NCBI GenBank assembly: GCA_951406725.2
Contig: OX597817.1
Coordinates: 104,656,001 to 104,720,000 of the forward strand
Length of the DNA: 64,000 nt
Source of the DNA: Octopus vulgaris
Taxonomy: Eukaryota
Direction: 5' to 3'
Under the pieces are notes generated by a model that worked only from the letters and a program-made list of their open reading frames with translations, was not told where the DNA came from and ran no database searches. The position numbers were made by a program, and so were the translations under genes. Of the stretch, positions 53,400 through 64,000 are shown in pieces (the stretch's first letter is position 1; every line of letters starts with the position of its first letter).

Positions 53400-54460
53400 G
53401 GTCAATTAGATTAAACAGAAGAATCCACTGTGATAGCAAAACAAATAAAAACACAAACTTAATCAACTGGAATCTCAGAACTGTGAAATAGATGGAAAAG
53501 TAAGGTATTGCATGGAAAATACCCTACAATTGCAAACAACCCTAATGTTGATACATATATGACCCACCAATAGTTGGCTCCATCTGGACTTAAATCAGAA
53601 ATGGTGGGCTTCATTATGGTGATTCAGGATCAGTGACTGCCAACCAGAAACTACCAAGCAAGGATTCTTAAAAACAGTGCTAGCCCTGCTTACTGCTTTT
53701 GTGGTGTAACTAGAAAAACAATTGATAACCTCATCTCTGAATGCTCTATGTTAACCACAAATGAATATAATAATTGCCATAATAAACTTAGCCAGTTTTT
53801 CTACTGGATTGTATGCTATAAATCTAGACTTTCACATGAGAAAAACTGCTTGCTAATGAGCTAGAAACTAAAAGCACTACATTTCTTTGGAACTTTGGTA
53901 TTCAAACTATTCAGGCCAATAGACCAGATATTGTGGTAAAAAATCACATTGACAAAACATGTCTGCTTATAGGTACATCAATCCTGGTAGACTACAGTAC
54001 TTCTATAAAAACATTTGAAAAATTAAGCAAATATAAGGATCTTAGAATAGAAGTCTCAAGAATATAGCATTTAAGCATAATAACTGTACCTGTGATGAAT
54101 AGAGCTTTGGGAACAATATCAAATGACGCACTCGAATGCTATGGTCAAATACAAGGAAACTCCCAAAATATTAGAATTGCAATAAACTGTTCCCATGAGT
54201 ACAGCTCATATCCCAAGAAAAACATTGTCAACTTGAAAATACCTGATTTTCTTAAAACTCTTTCAAAATTGAAATATTACACATATAAATGGAATCTTAG
54301 TACTCAGATTTTACTCTCCTTCCTCAGCAAAACATTACTGCTAATTATAAATAAGATCCATAGTAAAATATACAGCTAGCTGTTACCTGAGGTCTTTGAA
54401 TGAGACTTGGAACAGTTCATATAAAACAAAACGACAATAATATTAATAATCATCAACAAA
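53400..54460 (+). mobile_element. 3' fragment of R4/Dong-like LINE (zinc knuckle + RLE), decayed
   Basis: LHGKYP, LKSE..QDQ, IQANRPDIVV, K.SKYKDL motifs with stops; 3' UTR then AAT-rich tail. Boundaries approximate. Confidence 0.7.
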
Positions 54461-54599
54461 GTATTAGACATTTTAAAAAGAACAGATAGCATTGTACCAT
54501 AGGCTGCAGTTAGCAAGCCTGCTATGCATGCAAGACTCCAGGAGTTCCAACAAAATTTGAGTTAAAATAATGATAATAATAATAAAAATGCAAAATAAG

Positions 54600-56406
54600 A
54601 AAACAAGATATGCCTGACATAGAAGAACAACTAAAGTAGATTATCCTCAACAAAGCACAAAGAAGCTGTTGGTATGAGAAATGCTAACAATTCTGTGAAC
54701 AAAACAAGCAGCTTAACTCCAATCCAAAGTGATTCTACCAAGAACTTGGTAAAACTAAAATAGAGATCAATGTAGCACCAACAGCAGAAGTGGGAGAATT
54801 TTGGAAAGAAGAAAGGTTTGTGAAAGAACTACCCCAGAAAAGGTTTATTTAAACAACAAGCACAACACCTGAACACCTCTGGATATCTATAACAATGGAA
54901 CAGGTAACACTGGTACTGCAAAAACTAAGCAACTGGAAGGCACCAGGGCATGACAAGATTTCCAATTTCTAGCTAAAATATTTAACAGGGATACATAAAG
55001 TACTGACACAGAAGTTCAATGAGATACTAACAGAGCCAGAGACAATACCTGAATGGATCACAGAAGGGAAAACCATCCTAATTCCCAAATCCACTGAAAC
55101 TTAAAATCCACAAAACTACAGACCCAGAACATATCACTCTACAACTTACAAAGCCTTAACTGCATTAATATCACAGAGAAGGGCAGACATCTAGAAAAAA
55201 AAAACCATTTCCAGAAGAGCAGAAGGAATGCATAAAGGGGGCAGAAGGTTCATATGATTCATAAAGCCATAACTGAAGATAACCAAAAGAAGAGTCTAAG
55301 CATGGCTTGGATCAATTACCAAAAAGCTTTTGACAGTATCTTTCCATACATGGATCTTAGAAAAACTATCCATGAACAAGGTAGCACTAACAATAATAGA
55401 ATATATAAAACATGCCATGAATATATGGCATACAGTTCTGAAGCTCCAAGTAAAAGAGGGAATCATAAAATCTAAAGCCATCCCCATTAGAAGAGGAATA
55501 TTTCAAGGAGACTTGTCCTCTCCTTTTTTCTTTCCAGCACTGATGCCTTTAATTGATATGTTAAACAGAACTGGATGTGGACACAATTGCTATAGTAAAA
55601 TAATCAACCATCTCTTGTATATGGATTATCTAAACTGTATGCTGCAAATGATAAACAACAGGAAACAACACAGTCTGTGTATAGATTTACCAAAGAAATA
55701 AATATGAAAATCAGCTTAGTAAAATGTGCCAAAGCAACCTTGAAAAGGAGAAAACTAGTTAAGAGTAATAATGTCACACTAGATAAAGAAAATTAGAATA
55801 AAATCCAGACATACAAATACTCAGGAATCAATGAACTAGATATGGTACAACACACACAAATGAAAAAGAAGATAGAGAAGGAATGCTACAGATGGGTTAG
55901 ATTAAACCAGAGCTCAATGTGAAAAACAAGATAATAAGCATCAATATTCTAGCTGTCCCAGTTATAAATAACAGTTGTAATATTCTTAATTGGACACTAA
56001 ATGAACTAACCAAACTAGACCCCAAAACAAGAAAAATAATGAAGAAATTCAGAATACACCACTCAAAATCTGACATTGAAATGTTATATATACAATAAAT
56101 TGAAGGTGTCAGAGACATTATACAACTAGAAAACTACTATAAAATATCCACCATTGGATTACAGAAATATCTAACTCAGAACCAAGGAAAACTGGTACAA
56201 ATAGCCACAGAGAATGAGCAAAAACAAGAAACTGTTTTCTGTCTTCAAGGAAGCTGAAAAATACAAGGAAGAGGTTGTAAAACCTGACAACTATGAAGAA
56301 AAAGAACAAACAACAAGAGTAAGTAAAATCTAAGCTAAAACTGGATCTACAAAATACCATAATAAAATGAAGGCCTTAAATGGCAAAAGCCCTTACATGG
56401 CAAACA
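54600..56406 (+). mobile_element. R4/Dong-like LINE RT fragment, decayed
   Basis: NWKAPG.DKI, AWINYQKAFDS, RRGIFQGD, HLLYMD motifs across frames; ends at KPLHG. Boundaries approximate. Confidence 0.8.
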
Positions 56407-56554
56407 CTAATTTTCAGTACTTCTCTCTTTTTTTGTTTTGTTTTTTAAGCCTGGTACTAATTCTATCAATCTCTTTTGCCGAACTGCTAAGTTACATGAC
56501 ATAAACACACCAATAGTGGCTATCAAGCAGTAGTGGGGACAAACACAGACAATG

Positions 56555-56587
<33 letters not shown>

Positions 56588-56597
56588 CACAAAACCA

Positions 56598-56862
56598 TGA
56601 CTATGTGACCATGTGACTGACCAGACTGTCAAATGTTGTTACATATTCATGGTCACAATGCACTTTGCATCGTATTAGCCATCAAATAACACAACCCTGC
56701 TGGCTATGTGAGCAGGCGAACTCTCTACCTTGATCAAAAGGGAACTAGAGCAATATGAAATGACGAGTTTTGCTCAAGAACACAACACAACATTCAGTCT
56801 GGGAATCGAATCCACAGTGTAGCAATCATGAGTGCGACAGCCTAACCATTAGGTTGTATGTG
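56598..56862 (-). mobile_element. tRNA-derived CORE-like SINE (related copy ~59380-59760, minus)
   Basis: Minus strand A box-like CCTAATGGTTAGG, B box GATTCGATTCCC, then GTGTTCTTGAGCAA core. Confidence 0.7.
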
Positions 56863-56929
56863 ACCACATGTGTATCGTTGGCGATTTTCTTTCTCCGTCT
56901 TCCCTTCTTTGGACCTTTCCTTTTTCTAT

Positions 56930-56964
56930 GTTTCTGACGAAGAGCTCCACTTGAAACGCTAAAT
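56930..56964 (+). ncRNA. Decayed minimal hammerhead motif
   Basis: GUUU-CUGACGA-A-GAGC ucc ACUU-GAAAC-GCU-AAAU. U16.1 mutated, one stem II mismatch. Confidence 0.55.
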
Positions 56965-57059
56965 CCTCCTCCTTTCTTGCCTTTCCTGAGTGTCCAATAA
57001 CACTATACTTGTTCCACGTCCTCGCGTTGTAGTGTTTTCTCTTTGTTCATGTTTGGATT

Positions 57060-57121
<62 letters not shown>

Positions 57122-57124
<3 letters not shown>

Positions 57125-58186
57125 GTATTTCAAAAGATTTGGTATCATTTGAGATGTAAATATCACAGAAACTACATAGTCAAAGCAAATGAAACTAAAC
57201 ATGCTTAATGTTGAGCAACATAAGATTATTCCTCCAAATTTGAATGAGAGATTCAAAGGTATGTGGATTCCTTGAATGATTTCACAAATGTCATTGAGAT
57301 AAGTTTGCACAGTGAGCTTCCAATGAGGTGGAGCCCCATCCTGTTGAAAAATGAAGTCTTCATGTTCACTTGCAATGAGCTCATCCATTAGCCAGTTTTT
57401 AAGCATTTGCAAATAAACATCATGGTTACATTTCCCTCAAAGAAAAATGGGCCATAAAGATGCTTCTTGGAGATGGTACAGAGTACATTCACTTTTGGTG
57501 AGTCCCTTTCATGCTCAACTGTGGCATGGGGATTTTCTTTGCCCCAAATGCAAACATTATGCTTATTGACTTTGCCATTCATATGAAATGTGGCCTCATC
57601 ATTGAAAATTAGATGTTCCTTGAACTCAGCTTCTTCAAGTTTCTCTTGCATATCAACACAGAGTTGTTTGCACTTTCACTTGTCATCTGCTGTTATGGCC
57701 TGAACAAGCTGAAGCTTGTAGGGTTTCATTTGCAAACATTTCCTCAGGATGCACCAAACTGTCATTAGAGGAATCTGGGTTTCCAGACTTGTTCTTCTTA
57801 TGGACTTCTTGGGGCTTCACAAGAGCTTTTGGTGGACCCACTCAACTGTCTCTTCTAATGTTAGTAGTCGTCCGGATCCTTTTGTCCTGCACAGCAGCCT
57901 TCCTCTTTGTAAACATAAGGACACAGGAAATGCATTGTTGTTAGTGACTTTTTAGAGAAATCTCTCATAAATGCATGCTGCACAGTCTTATTCAACTGTG
58001 TTCAAGCATACTCCAACACACAAAACACCTTTTCTCTTCTAGTGAATGCCATTTATATACCTGAAAAGATAAACATATCAAACATTAAACATAAAATTTT
58101 GACCTGTTTCTATACAGGCTGTTAAAATTTGAAGTCATTTGAACAAGAACTGGTTACGTTATTAGATGGCGAAATGATATCAAATT
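57122..58186 (-). mobile_element. Tc1/mariner relic resembling the rosa/DD41D group
   Basis: IFNDEATFHMNGKVNKHNVCIWG..HERDSPKVNV..GPFFF and FQQDGAPPHW; weak inverted ends; C-terminus deleted, so triad spacing cannot be measured. Confidence 0.7.
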
Positions 58187-59284
58187 AAAAAACTAAAAAA
58201 ATTCCTCATTCTTTCCTCTGTCATTGAAGCTAAGATAAATATATTTTATTTTTAAAATAAAAAAGTTATTTAGATCTAAATTTGATTGGAGGTGTTACTT
58301 ACTCTCCTATAACATTGCTATAAATTTCAATGTAAACTTTTTTCTACTGGACCAAATCACAAATTTTTTATGCAAATTTGTAGCTAGGGATCAGTCCTCT
58401 TCAGAAATGTTAAGAGTTTTCAATTTGGTTAAAAACTGAATTAACAACAAAGCTCTGGAGATGCTGCATGTGAGTAAATTGCGGCCTTAAGAATATTATT
58501 CAACTGCTACTGTAGTTGATTGATTTATATATACATATGATGGGCTCCTTTCAGTTTCCATCAACCAAATCCACCTACAAGGCTTTGATCAGCCCGAGGC
58601 TATAGTAGAAGACACTTGCCTAAGGTGCTGCACTGAACCTGGAACCATGTTGTTGAGAAACAAGCTCCTTATTACACAGTCTTTCAAATTTTGGCACACA
58701 GCTAGCAATTTCAGAAGTTAGTCAATTACATTGACTCCAGTACTTGATCAGTACTTTATTTTATTGACCCCCTGAAATCCATAAGGATGAAAGGCACTGT
58801 TGACTTTGATGGGATTTGAACTTAGAACATAAAGAGTTGAAAGAAATGTTGCTAGATATTTTCTCTGATGTGCAAATAATTCAGTTAGCTCACTGCTTTA
58901 TCAAGTCTTAAGATAATAAAAACAAAAAATAAAATTGATATAATAAAAATAAAAATAAAATTATGTAATTTTCTATTTACAGAAAGAGCCAATTACAGTA
59001 TTAATATAATTATTTATAAATGATGAATGAATAAATCTAGAAAACTGGTTTGAGGTTTTAACTCTGGGAAAAATTGTGTAGTAATTATTTTTGCTTGTGT
59101 GTTTTTGTTCAGATTTTGTCAATTGGTGCAGGTGTGACTTTGTGGTTGAAAAGCTTGCTTCCTAACCATATGGCCTTGGCTTTACTCCTACTGCATGGCA
59201 TCTTGGGCAAGTGTATTCTACTGTAGCCATAGGCCAACTAAAGCCTTGTAAATGAATTTGTAGACAGAAATTGAAAGAAGCTTG

Positions 59285-59353
<69 letters not shown>

Positions 59354-59924
59354 TCCAATATAGGTAAAACTCAACAAAAAAGTACTCTGTTAGTGGGTGC
59401 TTGATATGTAAGAAATAGAGGTCAAATCTCCCTCAAAATTTCATGTTACCATGCAACTGGTACTCCATCAGTTTCAGTTGACCCAATCAATGGAGTGGTC
59501 TTCACGTGAAATTAACATGCATGTGGCCGAGCACTCTACAGACATGCATGCTCTTAATGTAGTTCTCAGGGACATTCGATGTGACACAGAATGTGACAAG
59601 GCCAGCCATTTGAAATACAGGTACTACTTATTTTTCACAAACGAGTGGACTGGAGCAATGTAAAATGAAATATTTTGTTCAAGGACACATGCTGCCAGAA
59701 ATTGAACTCACGACCTCACAATTGTGAACTGAATGCCCACACCATTAAGCCACACACCTTCCATGAAAAACAATGTTTTTCAACCGTTTTTTGTTCCATG
59801 CTCCACTTTGATTTTCGAATAAAAGTGTGTGCCCCACCAATAATAAGCATATAAATTATGCAAAATAAGCATAATAAACATATAAATTATGCAATAATAA
59901 CCATATAAATTATGCAAAAGAAGT

Positions 59925-60897
59925 TTAATTAAAACTTATTGCAATTATTATTCACTTGTTACTTACATCTGTTTTTTTTCTAGTTAATTTTAGTTAATTT
60001 TTGTTTGTTTTCAGATCATTAAAATGGAATGTCAAGTTAAGAAAAACAAGCATATTCGACACCTCCTTCTTTTTGCTTTTAATCAAAGCTCTAAGGCTGC
60101 AAAAGCTGCTCGCAACATTTGTGCTGTGTATGCAGAGGGTGCCATAGCTGAAAGAACTGCTCATGATTGGTATGCCAAGTTCAAAAATGGAAATTTTGAC
60201 CTCAAAGACGCACCTCGTTATGGCCGTCCAGTTGAGTTCGATGAAGAGTGATTAAACCAACTTTTGCACACAAATTCTTGTCAAACGACAAGGGAACTGA
60301 CAGAGAAAAGGGATTGCTTCCACACTGCTATAGAGAAGCATCTTCACTCGATGGGAATGGTTCAGAAGTATGGAGCATGGGTTCCACATGCATTAAGTGA
60401 CAACAACAAAAATCAATGAGCCACAATCTCCGCTGGTTTGCTTGCTCATCACTGTTCAACTCATGGACACAAGCAACAATTTCTTTATTGAATCATTACT
60501 GGCGATGTAAAATGGTGTCTGTACATCAATATGAAGCAGTGTAAAGAATGGCTTAGTCCCGGTACACAAGCAACTCCGCACGTGAAACAAGATCTTCATC
60601 CGCGCAACTCTCCTGATTTGGCACCAATGGATTTCCACCTCTTTCGATCTCTTTCAAATGCAATTCATGGAGTTGCATTCAATACTGATGCAAAATTGAG
60701 AGCTTGGTTGGATCAATTTTTGGATTCAAAATCAGGTGATTTCTACCAACGAGGTATTGAAAATCTTGTTGAACGTTGGGAAGAAGTTGTAAACAACAAG
60801 AGTGAATACATTATTGATTAATTAGCTGTTATTTTTAATTAAACCTTTTAAAAAATTTAAATTTAAAATAACAGCAGGAACTTAGTTGCCAACCCAA
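59925..60897 (+). mobile_element. Mariner relic with internal deletion
   Basis: MECQVKKNKHIRHLLLFAF, WVPHAL, TGDVKW, SPDLAPMDFHLF; 3' TIR AACTTAGTTGCCAACCCAA|TA. Confidence 0.85.
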
Positions 60898-60899
60898 TA

Positions 60900-61480
60900 C
60901 ATTTCTGATAAGGCAACTGCAGGAAAAATACCTAGTCAAAGATAAACTTCTGTACTTGGCTTGTGTTGACTTGGAGAAAGCTTTTGTCAAAGTCCCCTGA
61001 TCCCTTATCTGGTGATCAATGCAGAAACTAGGGATAGACAAGTGGTTGGTGAGAGCCATACAAGCCTTGTACAGGGATGCTACCAATGTGTACAGCGAAC
61101 AATTCAGTGTACAAGTAGGGGTTCACTAAGGATCGGTGCTCAGCCCTCGCTTGTTCATCATAGTCCTCCAGGCAATAAAAGGAATTCAAGACAGGTTGCC
61201 CTTGGGCGCTCCTCTATGCATGTTCTTATAGCTGAATCACTACTCAAACTAGAGAAGTTTCAGGTAAGGAGGTAAGGTCTAGAATCAAAGGGCTTTAGAG
61301 TTAACCTAGCAAAAACCAAAGTCATAGTAAGTAGGAAGGCAGACAAATCACAAATCCCTTCAGGTAGATGGCCCTGCTCAAAATGTAGAAAAGGTGTAGG
61401 TAGAAATGCAAAAAAAGTTAGACATAAGAGGAATCAGATGTGGTGTGCAAGAGAGATAACTGCACTGGTATGGTCATGTA
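60900..61480 (+). mobile_element. Old RTE RT fragment, same family, includes the start of the PHD insert
   Basis: Matches ~11232-11770 and ~12270-12320 with deletions; GRWPCSKCRKGVGRN remnant. Confidence 0.85.
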
Positions 61481-61528
61481 TGTATGTGTGTGTGTGTGTG
61501 TGTGTATGTGTATATATATATATATATA

Positions 61529-62862
61529 CAGGGGTTGGACAAAATAATGGAAACACTTAGCATCATAGCATCATAATTTTGAAATATCTTTAACGGAAAA
61601 TATTAATTTGTAAGCAATAATATGAGATATTGGCATCGTAATCAGTGTGTAAAGAATTGATTCTTCATTGATTGCCATTATGTAAAGATGAAAGAACAGT
61701 GATTGAAGTTGTGAAGAAAATATTTATTTGCCGTTACATTATACAATACCTTGCCTTGACAGGCAGGTGATAAAATCATAAAGCATGCAAAGTAAAGATA
61801 GATGTAGATTTTCCTTGCATAGTTTGTGTTTGTGATCTCATCATTATTTAGTAGCAATTACAGAGAGAGAGAGAGAGAGAGAGAATGATGTTGTAAGAGA
61901 ACAGAATTAGAGCTAGTGAGAGTGGCAGAGTGTGGGACGAAACAACTGATTCATTGGAGAAATGCCATAGTTGTTCTAGCCAGTCAGTCAGAGTCCGTTC
62001 TCACTAACTGAGTTGTAACCAAAGTGACTAACTGATTTTTGCTTTTATAACTCCCAAAATTACTGCAGAGCTTAATGACCACCTTGAAAACCCAGTTTCA
62101 ACAAAAACTGTTTGATGGAAGCTGCACAAAGCTGGATTTCATGGGAGGGCTGCAATGAGAAAACCACTACTTTCAAAAACAAATGTTGCAAAGCATTTAG
62201 AGTGAAGTAAAAACCTACAGAATTGGTCCCTAGAGCAGTGGAAGAATGTTATTTTCTTGGACAAGTCATCCTTTACCTTATTTCTGACCACTGGCTGAGC
62301 ATACATGTGGAGACAGCCAAAAGAAGCATTTGACCCAGACTGCCTTCTTCCAACTGTCAAACATGGCAGAGGATCTGTGATGATCGGGGACGGGGGGAAG
62401 CTATATCTCAGAAATTTGCCGGCCCAATGGTTTCCCTTCATGGCAGAATTAATAGTCAAGACTATTTAAGCATTTTATCTGATCAAATTTATCCTATGGT
62501 TGTGGAAATGTTTCTGGGGGAAAATGCAACCTTTCAGGATGATAATACACCAATTCACACAGCTAAAGTTGTTACTGAATGGCACGAGGAACATTCTAGT
62601 GAAGTTGAACATCTTATCTGGCCACCACAGTCCCCAGATCTCAATATTATTAAACATTTATGGTGCATTTTAGAAAAACAAGGAGTTGATATCCTCCACC
62701 ATCATCACCACAAGAACTTTAGACTATTTTAACTGAAAAATGGACAAAAATTCCTTTGGAAACAATTCAAACTTTGTACGAATCCATACCTCATGGAATT
62801 CAAGCTGTAAAATAAATTTGTTTAAAATTTTAAGATGTTTCCATTATTTTGTCCAACCCCTG
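61529..62862 (+). mobile_element. Tc1-like element, decayed
   Basis: TIRs CAGGGGTTGGACAAAATAATGGAAACA / TGTTTCCATTATTTTGTCCAACCCCTG; TVKHG, FQDDNTPIH, WPPQSPDLNII motifs. Confidence 0.92.
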
Positions 62863-62867
62863 TGTGC

Positions 62868-62903
<36 letters not shown>

Positions 62904-62945
62904 GTGTGTGTGTGTGTTTGTATGTACATATATATATATACATAT

Positions 62946-62987
<42 letters not shown>

Positions 62988-63248
62988 TATATATATTTTT
63001 TCTTTTGTTTCAGCTCAGAGCTGCGGCCATTTATATATATATATATATATATATTTGGTAAAATAGAAAGATGAATAATCTTGTTGCAGATTAATCAAAA
63101 GTTTAACCGATACCTTGGTAGCAAAAATCACAGCAGAAGAAAGCACGGTTGGAGATAAAACCATTTGGTGTTGCAACCGTGCGTTGGTGCGGATAATTGA
63201 ATTTTAATATTATTAGTGAATTGAAGAAATGGAGTTGAACGAAGATTG

Positions 63249-63367
63249 AACAGAATTCCTTTTATTGCATTCTACACATGTTTCAAAAGCCACAATTTTC
63301 CAAATTCTGATTAAATAAGGATACCATATTGTGGCTTTCTCTTCAGGAAAAAAATAGGAATTCCGTT
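63249..63367 (-). ncRNA. Type I hammerhead ribozyme, identical mirror copy
   Basis: Exact reverse complement of 63456-63574 inside the palindrome; predicted cleavage after 63273 on the minus strand. Confidence 0.85.
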
Positions 63368-63455
63368 GGCAGAACAAAACAGAACAGAGGCGCAGCAAAG
63401 CAATTTGAACGAGGAGGCTCTTTAAGAGCCTCTTTCTGTTCTGTTTTGTTCTGCC

Positions 63456-63574
63456 AACGGAATTCCTATTTTTTTCCTGAAGAGAAAGCCACAATATGGT
63501 ATCCTTATTTAATCAGAATTTGGAAAATTGTGGCTTTTGAAACATGTGTAGAATGCAATAAAAGGAATTCTGTT
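63456..63574 (+). ncRNA. Type I hammerhead ribozyme, intact core
   Basis: CUGAAGA 63477-63483. 12-bp stem II GAAAGCCACAAU/AUUGUGGCUUUU. GAAA 63539-63542. Stem III AC-AUGU-GU. GUA^ cleavage after 63550. Long interrupted stem I AACGGAAUUCC-UAUU-UUC / GAA-AAUA-GGAAUUCUGUU. Confidence 0.85.
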
Positions 63575-63606
63575 CAATCTTCGTTCAACTCCATTTCTTC
63601 AATTCA

Positions 63607-63710
<104 letters not shown>

Positions 63711-63801
63711 TATATACATATATTATATATATATACTGGTGCCTTGTTGTACCATTTATCTACTTTTATATATATATATATGACATATATAATATATATT
63801 A

Positions 63802-63856
<55 letters not shown>

Positions 63857-64000
63857 CACATCTATGTGTGTGTGTGTATTTCGTGGAATCCTCTCTCACC
63901 GAGATTCCTGGTGGAAGATTACATTCATCTGATGGTGTCAGTTTACATCTTGTATTAGCTGTCTTTAATTTCTTTAAGAAAGGTATTTAGAGGGTACTTG

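Overview
AT-rich, repeat-dense animal genomic DNA. The SINE, RTE and mariner families look like an octopus/cephalopod genome (inferred from repeat content, not checked by search). The only host gene I can support is the 5' end of a p90 ribosomal S6 kinase (RSK, RPS6KA family) on the minus strand: exon 1 at 31368-31427, a 39-nt microexon at 30687-30725, a 28.6 kb intron, and a kinase N-lobe exon at 1944-2057. The gene continues off the left edge. The rest is mobile DNA: a young 5'-truncated RTE LINE with a PHD finger inside its RT and a 62-bp hairpin array in its 3' UTR, many Tc1/mariner relics, CR1 and R4/Dong-like LINE fragments, hAT and piggyBac MITEs, tRNA-derived SINEs and microsatellites. 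The most interesting signal is a recurring set of type I hammerhead ribozyme (HHR) motifs in head-to-head inverted elements. These are a decayed Penelope-like element (PLE) with inverted HHR-bearing terminal repeats (13.9-15.6 kb), a perfect 178-bp palindrome with an intact HHR on each strand (63.2-63.6 kb), and a tRNA-headed SINE fused to an HHR (33.1-33.5 kb), plus several decayed relatives. Together they suggest a PLE-mobilised, partly Pol III-driven retrozyme/SINE system. All coordinates and folds were worked out by eye; no searches were run.
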